Below are positions 1 through 9,941 of a stretch of DNA of 32,000 nt, one piece after another. The notes under the pieces are model-generated. The model was not told where the DNA came from. It did not search any database and was given only the letters and a program-made list of their open reading frames with translations. Position numbers and translations under genes: made by a program. This stretch comes from Fastidiosibacter lacustris. Its GTDB lineage: Bacteria; Pseudomonadota; Gammaproteobacteria; Francisellales; Francisellaceae. Where the stretch lies: positions 30,001-62,000 of the forward strand of contig NZ_QLIR01000009.1 of assembly GCF_003428155.1 (NCBI RefSeq). The letters are read 5' to 3'. Numbering within the stretch: position 1 is the first letter of the stretch; every line of letters starts with the position of its first letter.

Positions 1-127
1 ACTTGTTTACCGTATCAAGGGTGTCAACCGAGTCTTCTTTTTGTTGTTGATCAGAAGAGAGTAAAGAAGTTTCAGATCGTTTAATTTTTTCGTGATGATT
101 ACGTTTGAATCGACTAAATAAGTTCAT
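1..127 (-). CDS. hypothetical protein, 5' fragment (continues past the left edge)
   Basis: The minus-strand ATG at 127 follows an in-frame stop at 152-154. The frame stays open for 42 codons to the window edge (MNLFSRFKRNHHEKIKRSETSLLSSDQQQKEDSVDTLDTVNK...). There is no obvious SD and I do not recognise the product. Confidence 0.3.
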   Translation of the reverse strand, partial: MNLFSRFKRNHHEKIKRSETSLLSSDQQQKEDSVDTLDTVNK

Positions 128-255
128 GGTGAAATCAAATATAAATTTAAACTAGGAGAATTCTGCATGATCAATCGGTGCTTTTCAAGTAATTTACCCC
201 TTTTTCTAGGTTGTTCAGAACGTTGGTTTTGGTGATTAATTGCGATGATTATAGA

Positions 256-915
256 TTAACTTTTCTCTTTACCTTGTTTTTTTAGTATGCATCTTTTTTT
301 AATAATTTCAATAATTAGAGGTGTGATAGAAACTAAAATGATTATAACAACAAGGTAGCTGAAATTCTCTTGCATAAATGGGATATTACTAAAGAAATAG
401 CCCAAATAAGTAATAGAACCAACCCAAATAAAAGCAGCAATAACACTTAATATAATAAAACGACGATAAGGCATCTCTCCCATCCCCGCAGCAAAGGGGG
501 TAAATGTGCGTATTATAGGGACAAAACGGGCAATAATAATGGCTTTAGCACCATATTTTTCAAAGAATTGATGGGTTTTCTCTAAATGTGAAGTCTTTAA
601 AATTTTAGCATCTGGCTTAAATAACTTTTCACCAAATAAATGTCCTATCCAGTAGTTGAGATTGTCACCAAGAATAGCAGCAAAAGCAAGCACAAACACC
701 ATTAAATGAACATTAAGACTTGTAGTGGCAGTGATGATACCAATTGCAAATAAAAGTGAATCTCCAGGTAAAAATGGCATGATAACAAGTCCCGTTTCAC
801 AAAATATAATTAAAAACAATAAAGCATATGTCCATAAACCAAAACTATTGACTAGGATATTCATATGAGCGTTTAGGTTTAATACAAAATCGATTAAGTA
901 ATGTATAGTATCCAT
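256..915 (-). CDS. DedA-family (VTT domain) inner membrane protein
   Basis: This is a 219-aa ORF with multiple TM segments. It carries DedA-type motifs (FLPGDSLLFA ... YGAKAIIIARFVPIIRTFTPFAAGMGEMPYRRF). Confidence 0.85.
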   Translation of the reverse strand: MDTIHYLIDFVLNLNAHMNILVNSFGLWTYALLFLIIFCETGLVIMPFLPGDSLLFAIGIITATTSLNVHLMVFVLAFAAILGDNLNYWIGHLFGEKLFKPDAKILKTSHLEKTHQFFEKYGAKAIIIARFVPIIRTFTPFAAGMGEMPYRRFIILSVIAAFIWVGSITYLGYFFSNIPFMQENFSYLVVIIILVSITPLIIEIIKKRCILKKQGKEKS

Positions 916-1193
916 TAACAGCTATTGTGCCATTTCTTTATTAGTAATCGCTGCATTATAACGATAGATTGCTACGGCAGCTATAAAAACTCTTAAACTG
1001 AGGTCAATCTATAAAATCAACACCACTAAAAACTACTTCGCTAACTAAACACAACACAATAATTCATGATGGGTACCCAACGTTAAAACAGATTTTTCGT
1101 TCCGATCCAAATAAATCAAACATTATTCTTGGATTTTCAAATAATCTATGTCACCCTTGTAAAGCATTGGACATACCAAACTTACATTTTAAA

Positions 1194-2426
1194 ATGAAAA
1201 AACCATCGCTGGTCAGTTTTGCGCGATTGTCCTTTGGTAATATCATCGAATGGTACGACTTCTCACTTTATATCTACTTTTCTGTCTATATTGCAAAAGA
1301 TTTTTTCCCTAGCCAAAATCCATATGTGAGTTTATTGTTAACCTTTGCCACTTTTTTTCTTGGCTCTGTTGCACGTCCAGTGGGTGGATTATTAGTAGGA
1401 TGGCTAAGTGATCGCTATCACCCAAAGATGATGATTAACTTATGTGTGATCGCCATGGGTATTTCAACTTTTATTGTCGCACTTTTACCAGACTATCAAA
1501 CGATTGGTATCTTGGCGCCCATTTTTCTTGTAACTTTGCGTATTATTCAAGGTCTATCAGTTGGTGGTCAATTTCCAGGACTTATTTCCTTATCGGTAAA
1601 AGATCATCATGCTGATAAAGGATTTGCTGTAGGATTGGTTTTTTCGATTTCCTCCTTAGGCTTTCTTCTCGCTTCTGTTGTAGGTTTTGTCTCTTCAAGT
1701 TTATTCTCACACCAAGAAGCTCAATTTATTTGGCGTGTCCCTTTTGCACTAAGCGGGCTCTTGTTCTTAATTTACCTCTTTCTCAACAGACATGAAAGTT
1801 ATCCAGATGTACACAAAAAAAAGCATAAGCAAAATGTTTTTGTGTGGTTAGTGCAACAATACAAAGCCATCATTGCAGTAACTTTACTTACCACTATGGC
1901 AGCATCACTTTATTACATTGTTTTTACCTATTTACTTAATTATCAAACTACTGAGCTTAATGTATCTGAACAGACTGCTTTCTTAATTAATAGCTTCTCT
2001 TTAATTTTTGCTTGTTTGCTTTATCCAATGTTTGGGCAGTTTGCTGATAGGATTGGTGCTAAGCAACTATTCTATACCACGGCAACCTTGTTTTTTATAA
2101 GCGTCATTCCCATGATTTACCTTATTCAAACTAACGAACCAATGTGGGTATTTCTTGCTTTGACTGTTTTTACACTCTTTATGACTGCCATCCAAGGTGC
2201 TATATCTCCTCTTTTTGCCGAAGCTTTTGATAGTGAATGGAGAACTACAGGATGTGCATTTGCCTATAGTATTGGTAACGGTTTAAGTGGGGCTGCTCCT
2301 CTTGTTGCCTTAACTTTAGTCCACATCCATCCTGTTTATGGGTTGAGTGTGCTTATGATGGTATTGCTTGGACTTGGTGCAATTGGTTTAGCATTGATTA
2401 ACAATATCCAAAATTCAAAAACGTAA
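1194..2426 (+). CDS. MFS transporter, metabolite:H+ symporter (MHS, ProP-like) family
   Basis: The ORF has about 12 TM segments and the MHS signature GNIIEWYDFSLYIYFS near the N-terminus. The track start at 1167 is a TTG. I prefer the first ATG at 1194 (MKKPSLVSF...). Confidence 0.8.
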   Translation: MKKPSLVSFARLSFGNIIEWYDFSLYIYFSVYIAKDFFPSQNPYVSLLLTFATFFLGSVARPVGGLLVGWLSDRYHPKMMINLCVIAMGISTFIVALLPDYQTIGILAPIFLVTLRIIQGLSVGGQFPGLISLSVKDHHADKGFAVGLVFSISSLGFLLASVVGFVSSSLFSHQEAQFIWRVPFALSGLLFLIYLFLNRHESYPDVHKKKHKQNVFVWLVQQYKAIIAVTLLTTMAASLYYIVFTYLLNYQTTELNVSEQTAFLINSFSLIFACLLYPMFGQFADRIGAKQLFYTTATLFFISVIPMIYLIQTNEPMWVFLALTVFTLFMTAIQGAISPLFAEAFDSEWRTTGCAFAYSIGNGLSGAAPLVALTLVHIHPVYGLSVLMMVLLGLGAIGLALINNIQNSKT

Positions 2427-2524
2427 AACGCAACTTTCTTACTCTGTTAGCATAGAGTAGGGCTAGTCAGCAGCAGTATTTTTTCGTACACTGCAAAGAA
2501 TACGATTATAACAACAGCATAAAA

Positions 2525-4036
2525 ATGACTTTAAACTTAAATGGTTATGTCCACAAGCGTGGCATTGAACGCGAAGGCTTGCGCATTTTAAAAAATGGGG
2601 CAATAGCACTATCACCTCACCCAAAGTCTCTAGGTTCAAAACTCACTCACTCTAATATCACCGTTGATTTTGCTGAAAGTTTATTAGAGCTGATCACCGA
2701 GCCTTTTGATAGCATTGATAAAACACTCAATCGCTTGCAAAGTATTTCTGCTTTTTGCACTCAGAACTTACCCGAAGATGAGCTTTTGCTTAGTACCAGC
2801 ATGCCACTTATAATGACAGAAAATAAGATCCACATAGCCAACTTTGGTACTTCAAATTCAGGAAAAATGAAAGAAGTCTATCGACGAGGGCTTGCCAAGC
2901 GCTATGGTAAAATCATGCAAACCATTTCTGGTGTTCATTATAATTTTTCCTATGACCTTGATTTACTTACTGAGCTCTCCGCACAAAGAAAACTTAGCCA
3001 TGATCAGCTGTATTTTTCTGCGATTAATCATTATTTTGACTTTATGTGGCTATTACCTTATTTATTTGGTAGCTCACCCATTTGTGCAAAAACATCTGTT
3101 AAGAATAAGCCCAATTACCTACAAGAACTCAATAAAGATTTTTATATTGGGGAATATACAACAAGCTTAAGAATGAGTAACCTTGGGTATCAAAGCAATG
3201 CACAGAAAAATTTGTTTATTTCATACAATAACCTTAAAGACTATGTTTATGACTTAATAGGCGCAACTAAACAAACTTATCCTGACTTTGAAAAAATCGG
3301 TCTTTATGATCAAAATCATCTCCGCCAACAACTCAATACCAGCATTTTACAAATTGAAAATGAATACTATAACGCCATTCGTCCAAAACAAATTGTCAAG
3401 CGTTGTGAGCGTCCAGCATGTGCATTATTGAATCGCGGCGTTCGTTATTTAGAAGTACGTGTACTGGATGTGAACCCTTTTAATTCGCTTGGAATTGATA
3501 AACCAACAGCTCACTTCATTGAGGCGCTATTGTTAACCTGCCTAATGCAACCAACTAAGCACTATGCTCAAAGTGAAATTGTTCGTAATAAATACAATTT
3601 CAACCAAGTGGTTGAAAAAGGTCGTTATCCAAATCTTACACTTACAGATACTCACAACAATACTACCTTACTCAAAGAAATGGGAATAAGGCAATTGGAG
3701 CTGATTGCCAAAATTGCTCAACAAATGGGTAATGATTATGAGCAAGCAGTTGCTACCCAGTTGGGAAAAATTGAAGATAGTAATAAAACGCCATCCGCTC
3801 AAGTAATGAAGTTTAGAGAAACAGATTATTTGGGTACTATTTTAGATTTATCACAAACCCATACTCAAAATTTAAAGTCCATTCAACTAAACGAAATAGA
3901 GAAAAAAGCATTTCATGATCAAGCACAAGATTCTATTCAAAAACAGTTAGAACTTGAACAAGCTGATTGCTGCGATCTAGATACTTATATTGACCATTAC
4001 TATCGTTCGGCAGATTGTACTACCACTCCAAATTAA
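2525..4036 (+). CDS. gshA: glutamate--cysteine ligase (type 1)
   Basis: The 503-aa product is colinear with E. coli GshA. Examples are RGIEREGLR, LGSKLTHSNITVDFAESLLELITEP and ISGVHYNFS. Confidence 0.9.
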   Translation: MTLNLNGYVHKRGIEREGLRILKNGAIALSPHPKSLGSKLTHSNITVDFAESLLELITEPFDSIDKTLNRLQSISAFCTQNLPEDELLLSTSMPLIMTENKIHIANFGTSNSGKMKEVYRRGLAKRYGKIMQTISGVHYNFSYDLDLLTELSAQRKLSHDQLYFSAINHYFDFMWLLPYLFGSSPICAKTSVKNKPNYLQELNKDFYIGEYTTSLRMSNLGYQSNAQKNLFISYNNLKDYVYDLIGATKQTYPDFEKIGLYDQNHLRQQLNTSILQIENEYYNAIRPKQIVKRCERPACALLNRGVRYLEVRVLDVNPFNSLGIDKPTAHFIEALLLTCLMQPTKHYAQSEIVRNKYNFNQVVEKGRYPNLTLTDTHNNTTLLKEMGIRQLELIAKIAQQMGNDYEQAVATQLGKIEDSNKTPSAQVMKFRETDYLGTILDLSQTHTQNLKSIQLNEIEKKAFHDQAQDSIQKQLELEQADCCDLDTYIDHYYRSADCTTTPN

Positions 4037-4222
4037 TTTTAATTTTTTCCTGTCATGACTCCTACTTCGTATTATCTCTAATAATAAGCTTGTAAAGCAA
4101 ACATAGAATCGTTTTAAATACACTCCTTCCAAATAGATTCCAATTCACTCTTGATTAGGTTGCACTTTTTGACGCCAAACTTTACTATACGATTTTTTAG
4201 TAAAACAAAACACTTTGATTAC

Positions 4223-4912
4223 ATGACTGACAATACACCCATCAAACACATGCGCACGATCAAAAGCTTTGTCAAACGTGCAGGTCGTACAACCACTCGC
4301 CAACAGTACGCACTTAATGAATATGCTACATCCTATAAAATCAATTTTTGTGACTTAGTCACAGATTTTAATCAGTACTATGCCACATCTCAAGCGCTTG
4401 TGCTTGAAATTGGTTTTGGGATGGGTGACAGCTTAGTAAAAATGGCTAAAGAGATACCAACTACCAATTTCCTTGGTATAGAAGTTCATGAACCAGGCGT
4501 TGGTAATATACTTGATCATATCCATAGCAACAACCTTTCTAACCTCCGTATCATGCAGCATGACGCGGTAGAGGTACTTCATAAAATGATTGCTGATAAT
4601 AGCCTAACAGGTGTCCAAATTTTCTTTCCTGACCCATGGCATAAGAAACGCCATCACAAGCGACGTTTAGTCAACGCTGATTTTATCAAACTTTTAGTTC
4701 GAAAATTAAAAACAGATGGTTTTATTCATTTTGCCACCGACTGGCAACAATATGCAGATGAGGTGCTTGAACTTTTTACAAAAGATAATGAGCTTAAAAA
4801 TGATCACAATGGTTTTGCAACACGACCTAATTCACGACCAATCACCAAGTTCGAAAAGCGTGGTCAAGCACTTAAGCATAATGTCTGGGATATTGTTGTA
4901 CATAAGAAGTAA
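4223..4912 (+). CDS. trmB: tRNA (guanine46-N7)-methyltransferase
   Basis: The product is strongly colinear with E. coli TrmB (LEIGFGMG, FLGIEVHEPGVG, FFPDPWHKKRHHKRR, ATDW, RPxTKFEKRG). The track start at 4151 is a TTG that adds 24 non-homologous residues. I prefer the ATG at 4223 (MTDNTPIKHMRTIKSFVKRAGR). Confidence 0.9.
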   Translation: MTDNTPIKHMRTIKSFVKRAGRTTTRQQYALNEYATSYKINFCDLVTDFNQYYATSQALVLEIGFGMGDSLVKMAKEIPTTNFLGIEVHEPGVGNILDHIHSNNLSNLRIMQHDAVEVLHKMIADNSLTGVQIFFPDPWHKKRHHKRRLVNADFIKLLVRKLKTDGFIHFATDWQQYADEVLELFTKDNELKNDHNGFATRPNSRPITKFEKRGQALKHNVWDIVVHKK

Positions 4913-4995
4913 TATTTTTATGGTATAAACTCTAGTTAAAAGCAACTTGTTTGTATATAGTTTAACCCATCCAATCAAGATAAAATCAGCTTTAA

Positions 4996-5208
4996 ATGAA
5001 AAAATTAACCCTTGCTCACCTTGTGTTTCTTATCACCATCTGCATTTTGCTGTTACCATTGTTTGTTTTTTTAGGAATATGCTTTGTCATTTATGGATTA
5101 ATTGCTAAAAAGCGCATTCGTGATATTTTTAAAAGACAACAAGCACTTAAAGAAAACTCTACCTTTTCTGAAAATGCACAAAAAGGTAGAGTTATTGATC
5201 ACGAGTAG
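4996..5208 (+). CDS. hypothetical small membrane protein (70 aa)
   Basis: The ORF has a hydrophobic N-terminal half (LAHLVFLITICILLLPLFVFLGICFVIYGLI) followed by a basic/polar tail. There is no clear SD. Its stop lies 1 nt from the fis stop on the opposite strand, which leaves no room for terminators. Confidence 0.4.
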   Translation: MKKLTLAHLVFLITICILLLPLFVFLGICFVIYGLIAKKRIRDIFKRQQALKENSTFSENAQKGRVIDHE

Positions 5209-5209
5209 T

Positions 5210-5521
5210 CTATTTTAAGGGCGCATCAGCCTTTTCATTAAGTATGTTATATTGTTCTAGCTTTTTACGAAAAGTTCCGCGATTAAGTCCTAGAATTCTT
5301 GCGGAACGACTTTGGTTGTGACCTGTGAAATCCATCGTTGCTTCAATCATTGGACACTCGGTTTCTTCCATAATGAGTTTATAAACTTCTTCTGGTCTTA
5401 AACCTTCTTGACTTACCATTCTATAGTAATGTTGTACGCGTTTACGTACCACCTCACGCAATGGAAAAGTTCTCGCAGATTGATCGTCCGGTTTCAATTT
5501 ATAATGCATTGTAGCAGCCAT
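5210..5521 (-). CDS. fis: Fis-family DNA-binding protein
   Basis: The C-terminal HTH matches E. coli Fis (GHNQSRSARILGLNRGTFRKKLEQY versus [24 protein letters not shown]). I prefer the start at 5521 (MAATMHYK...), which is preceded by GGGGGGAAcgt. The track start at 5545 adds 8 residues and has no SD. Confidence 0.85.
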   Translation of the reverse strand: MAATMHYKLKPDDQSARTFPLREVVRKRVQHYYRMVSQEGLRPEEVYKLIMEETECPMIEATMDFTGHNQSRSARILGLNRGTFRKKLEQYNILNEKADAPLK

Positions 5522-5810
5522 ACGTTCCCCCCTATATTGAAACATTCTTTATGCTGTTGGTTAATATCCAGCTAAAGATTAATTGATTTAACATCTAATA
5601 ACAATAGCATCATAACCAAAAACTTTACTTAAACTCTAAAAATTACAATGTTTTTAATTAAATTAGGATCCTTGCTTCAGTGAGAGAACAGGTCATTATT
5701 ATTTTTTACGAGAGTATATAAATAAAACATCAGGTATAAAAGCATTGATGCAACTAAACCAGTTGATTATACTTCATTACATTAACGCTCTAAAATATGA
5801 ATAAAGCTTA

Positions 5811-6344
5811 ATGTACAGCTTTCAGCAACAACTCAAACAACTACGCGAAAAGCAAAAACTTACAGTAGAAGTCATTGCCACTAAGATGAGTTTTACCGCA
5901 CAAACGATTCATATGCTTGAAGATAGCGAAGACTTATTCAGCCTAAATTTACCAACTCAATCCTTAAAAAACTACTACCGAAAATATGCCGAGTGCTTAG
6001 GTATGCAGGAAAGAAAAATCATCAATATCTTAAATTATATTGACTACCTAGATTATAAGCACTCAAGCAGAGGAAAAATGAAAGTTTTTGACTACATTAA
6101 TCGACTAGCCATTTTAATTTTAATTGGTTTTTTAGCTTATACTGTATACGGCTTATACTTACAAGAAAAGGCAAACGCCTTAAAGCAAAGCGTTATTACT
6201 TTACCATCACCCACCACAACAGCACAGCAACAAAAAGTCACTGCAAATCTAACTACCGACCAATCGACTCAATCGGATGAACTCACTCAAACGACTAACA
6301 ATGATCACGCTAGTGATAATACGGCAATCAACAGCAATCCATAG
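5811..6344 (+). CDS. RodZ-like HTH membrane protein lacking the periplasmic C-terminal domain
   Basis: The N-terminal XRE/RodZ-type HTH (LKQLREKQKLTVEVIATKMSFTAQTIHMLED ... LKNYYRKYAECLGM) parallels E. coli RodZ (...RGYIRSYARLV). A single TM segment (LAILILIGFLAYTVYGLYL) is followed by a T/Q/S-rich low-complexity tail. At 177 aa it is much shorter than the 337-aa E. coli RodZ. Confidence 0.6.
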   Translation: MYSFQQQLKQLREKQKLTVEVIATKMSFTAQTIHMLEDSEDLFSLNLPTQSLKNYYRKYAECLGMQERKIINILNYIDYLDYKHSSRGKMKVFDYINRLAILILIGFLAYTVYGLYLQEKANALKQSVITLPSPTTTAQQQKVTANLTTDQSTQSDELTQTTNNDHASDNTAINSNP

Positions 6345-6347
6345 CAC

Positions 6348-7295
6348 ATGTTTTACCCACGGTTTATCATCGGAATTGAAGGACTCACCTTAAATGCGGC
6401 TGATATGGTGCGCCTAAAAAATCCTCACGTTGTTGGGGTGATTCTATTTACACGCAATTTCATTGATAGTACCCAACTAAAAGCACTTACCAGAAGTATT
6501 AAAAATGTACGCCATGACTTACTCATTAGTGCAGATCAAGAAGGTGGTCGTGTCCAAAGATTCAGAACGGATGGCTTCACAGAACTGCCTTCTCTATATG
6601 ACTTAAGCCAAAGTAATTGTCCTAAGAGCATAAAAGAACATGTTGCAACGCTTGCTCTAGAGCTAAAATCACATGGTGTAGATTACAGTTTTACTCCCAT
6701 CGTTGACCTTTATCATCCACAAAGTAGAGTTATCAATAAACGTGCATTTTCTAACGATCCACAGCAAGTTGTAACACTGGCTACTCAATACATCAATTTA
6801 ATGCATCAATATAAGTTAACTTCTGTATTAAAACACTTTCCAGGTCATGGTAGCCTTATAGCTGACTCTCACTTTGAGATAGTCGTAGACATGCGTAACT
6901 TAATTGACATTGAAAATACTGATCTTTATCCCTTTATTAAGCTTATTGATCACAAAAAAGCAGACAGTATAATGGTTGGTCATCTTCATTACCCTAACGT
7001 TGATACCCAAATTGCCTCTATGTCTTACTTTTGGTTAACGGACTACCTTCGCGGTAGATTGCAATTTGATGGCATTATATTTAGCGATGATTTTGGAATG
7101 TTTGCGGCATCAAGTCTAACAGCAACTCAGCTAGACTCATGCAAAGCCTTTTTTAACGCAGGTGGAGACGTTGCACTCTTATGTAATGAGTTTGCTGAAA
7201 TCGATCATACATTAGACTATTTCAATGAGCGAATATTTAAACAAAACTCACTTTTTAATAGCCGTTGGCAACGCTTTAAGTCTGCACTTTTATAG
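6348..7295 (+). CDS. nagZ: beta-N-acetylhexosaminidase (GH3, peptidoglycan recycling)
   Basis: The product matches the NagZ pattern: GVILFTRNF, ADQEGGRVQRF, KHFPGHG and DDFGM. The start lies 3 nt after the upstream stop. Confidence 0.9.
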   Translation: MFYPRFIIGIEGLTLNAADMVRLKNPHVVGVILFTRNFIDSTQLKALTRSIKNVRHDLLISADQEGGRVQRFRTDGFTELPSLYDLSQSNCPKSIKEHVATLALELKSHGVDYSFTPIVDLYHPQSRVINKRAFSNDPQQVVTLATQYINLMHQYKLTSVLKHFPGHGSLIADSHFEIVVDMRNLIDIENTDLYPFIKLIDHKKADSIMVGHLHYPNVDTQIASMSYFWLTDYLRGRLQFDGIIFSDDFGMFAASSLTATQLDSCKAFFNAGGDVALLCNEFAEIDHTLDYFNERIFKQNSLFNSRWQRFKSALL

Positions 7296-7433
7296 ATTTA
7301 AGAAATCAACTCAAATCCTAAGTAACTTCATCCGTTACGAATAAGGAGTATTTTGAAGCAGTTTAAAGTTTTTTACTTTTAAAAAGTGCAAAACTACTAA
7401 CGCTAATTTGAGTATTTTTAGTTGATGCTTATG

Positions 7434-8498
7434 TTATTTAATACGCGGACCTAGTACACCTGATTGGTACTTTTGATACATATTTTCAAGTGAAATAGGT
7501 TTAATTTTATCGGCCATCCCGGCGGCCCCGAAAGCCTCATAACGCGCTTGACAAATATCACGCATTGCATCTTTTGCTACTAAATTATATTTACGTGGAT
7601 CAAATTCAGCGCGATGAGTCGCCATAAAACGACGAATCGCCCCAGTTGCAGCCATACGTAAATCAGTGTCAATATTAACCTTTCGCACACCATATTTAAT
7701 CGCTTCAACAATTTCAGACACAGGAACGCCATAAGTTTCACCCATCTCTCCACCAAACTCGTTAATGACTTGTAACCAATCTTGCGGCACAGAAGACGAA
7801 CCATGCATAACAAGGTGTGTATCTGGAATACGTGCATGAATCTCTTTCACCCTTGCAATAGCTAATACATCACCTGTAGGCGGCTTAGTAAACTTATATG
7901 CACCATGACTTGTGCCAATCGCAATTGCCAACGCGTCTACTTTGGTTGCTTTAACAAATTCTGCAGCTTCCTCTGGATCAGTTAATAACTGATCATGAGA
8001 AAGTATACCTTCTGCACCCACACCATCTTCTTCACCTGCTTGCCCTGTTTCTAATGAACCTAAACAACCTAATTCCCCTTCTACAGATACACCACAAGCA
8101 TGTGCCATTTCGACTGTACGCTTAGTGACATCAACATTGTAATCATAACTAGCAGGTGTCTTGCCATCTGATTTTAATGACCCATCCATCATCACTGATG
8201 AAAAACCTAATTGAATAGAACGCTGACATACATCAGGAGAAGTTCCATGATCTTGGTGCATACAAATTGGAATATATGGATACTCTTCAATTGCCGCTAA
8301 TACTAAATGGCGAATAAATGGGGCTCCAGCGTATTTTCTTGCTCCTGCTGAGGCTTGCAAAATAACAGGCGCTTTCACCTTGTTTGCAGCCTCCATCACA
8401 GCACGAATTTGTTCTAGATTATTTACATTAAATGCAGGGATGCCATAACTATGTTCCGCTGCATGATCTAATAGTTGACGTAACGATACTAATGCCAT
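7434..8498 (-). CDS. fba: fructose-bisphosphate aldolase, class II (354-aa CbbA-like subtype)
   Basis: The N-terminus is [30 protein letters not shown]. The product also has [16 protein letters not shown] and [12 protein letters not shown]. An AAGGA SD lies in the 9-nt spacer after pyk. Confidence 0.95.
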   Translation of the reverse strand: MALVSLRQLLDHAAEHSYGIPAFNVNNLEQIRAVMEAANKVKAPVILQASAGARKYAGAPFIRHLVLAAIEEYPYIPICMHQDHGTSPDVCQRSIQLGFSSVMMDGSLKSDGKTPASYDYNVDVTKRTVEMAHACGVSVEGELGCLGSLETGQAGEEDGVGAEGILSHDQLLTDPEEAAEFVKATKVDALAIAIGTSHGAYKFTKPPTGDVLAIARVKEIHARIPDTHLVMHGSSSVPQDWLQVINEFGGEMGETYGVPVSEIVEAIKYGVRKVNIDTDLRMAATGAIRRFMATHRAEFDPRKYNLVAKDAMRDICQARYEAFGAAGMADKIKPISLENMYQKYQSGVLGPRIK

Positions 8499-8507
8499 TT
8501 TTATTCC

Positions 8508-9941
8508 TTACACTACGTTTCCAGCTTGAATTACTTTGATTTTGTTGGTCCCACCATGAACACCCATATGATCACCACTGGTGAGAACCATCCACTCACC
8601 TTGCTTGACAATACCACGTTTTTCTAACTCAAGAGAAGCTTCACGATTAACATAGAAGCGCGCCATCCGAGTTGAATCAAACTCAATTGGAATCACACCA
8701 CGATAAAGCGTCATTTTACCTAAAGTTGCCCGATTACGTGATAAACCATAAATCGGCAAATGAGTGTTAATGCGTGACATCCAAAGCGCTGTTGAACCTG
8801 ACTCTGTCAATGAAATAATTGCTTTAGCATCAACATTATTAGCTAAATATACAGCAGCGTTAGCAACAGCCTCATCAACACGATTATGGTGACGTGCAAC
8901 GTTATCTTTAGAGACAATGTGGACTAAATTACTGTTCTCAGCAGCTTTGCAAACACGTGACATTGCTGCAACTGTTTCAACTGGATATTCACCTGTAGCA
9001 GACTCTGCCGAGAGCATCACCACATCCGTACCATCTAATACGGCATTGGCAACATCAGATACTTCGGCACGTGTAGGTGTTGAACTTGTAATCATCGACT
9101 CCATCATTTGTGTTGCTGTAATCACCACCTTATCCAATTCACGCGTTAAGCGGATAATCATTTTTTGTACAGCAGGAACGTTCTCATCCCCAATTTCAAC
9201 TGCCAAATCCCCTCTTGCCACCATAATTGCATCAGAAGCTTTAATAATTTCCTCTATATTTTTTACCGCTTCAGTACGTTCAATTTTAGCAACAATAGCT
9301 GCTTCACTACCTGCCTCAGTCAGGAGCTTACGTGCGTACTCCATGTCTTTAGCATCTCTTGGAAAGGATACAGCAATATAGTCCACTTCAAGTGCTGCTG
9401 CGGTTTTAATATCTTCTTTATCCTTTTCCGTTAAAGCAGGGGCAGTTAAACCACCACCCTTTTTATTAATCCCTTTATTGTTAGATAGCTTACCACCTAC
9501 TGTAACTTTGCAATGCACTTTAGCACTTTCTACCTTAACAACAGTCAACACAATTTTGCCATCGTCTAAAAGTAAAATATCTCCCTTTTTAACATCATTT
9601 GGTAGCTCTTTATAATCAATACCAACAGCTTTTTCATCACCTTGCGTTTTATCCATTTCAGCATCAAGCACAAAATTATCACCTGTTTTAAGTGTAATTT
9701 TACTATCTTTGAACTTAGCTACACGAATTTTAGGACCTTGCAAATCTGCTAGAATTCCAATATGTATCCCTTTTTCTTTAGCCACTTCACGAATCAATTG
9801 CACACGTTTACGATGATCATCTGCGCTACCATGTGAGAAATTGCAACGTACCGCATTTAATCCCGCGTCCACCATTTTACTTAGCATTTCTTTTGACTCA
9901 CTGGCAGGTCCAATCGTTGCTAAGATTTTTGTTCTTCTCAT
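8508..9941 (-). CDS. pyk: pyruvate kinase
   Basis: The product contains [41 protein letters not shown] and ATQMMESM. Its start overlaps the pgk stop (ATGA). Confidence 0.95.
   Translation of the reverse strand: MRRTKILATIGPASESKEMLSKMVDAGLNAVRCNFSHGSADDHRKRVQLIREVAKEKGIHIGILADLQGPKIRVAKFKDSKITLKTGDNFVLDAEMDKTQGDEKAVGIDYKELPNDVKKGDILLLDDGKIVLTVVKVESAKVHCKVTVGGKLSNNKGINKKGGGLTAPALTEKDKEDIKTAAALEVDYIAVSFPRDAKDMEYARKLLTEAGSEAAIVAKIERTEAVKNIEEIIKASDAIMVARGDLAVEIGDENVPAVQKMIIRLTRELDKVVITATQMMESMITSSTPTRAEVSDVANAVLDGTDVVMLSAESATGEYPVETVAAMSRVCKAAENSNLVHIVSKDNVARHHNRVDEAVANAAVYLANNVDAKAIISLTESGSTALWMSRINTHLPIYGLSRNRATLGKMTLYRGVIPIEFDSTRMARFYVNREASLELEKRGIVKQGEWMVLTSGDHMGVHGGTNKIKVIQAGNVV

Noticed and set aside
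2892-3170. A 92-aa ORF on the same strand but out of frame inside gshA. Similar cases are 4716-4928 inside trmB, 23729-23929 and 24556-24771 antisense to pgl/zwf, and 27931-28143 antisense to the Nif3 gene.
   Set aside because: Each is embedded in a well-supported gene, and the translated sequences look non-protein-like.
7296-7433. A possible bidirectional terminator between the convergent nagZ and fba genes (AAAGT-ttttt-ACTTT and related AT-only stems).
   Set aside because: The stems are short and entirely A/T, with no convincing GC-rich hairpin plus U-tract. This is too weak to call.
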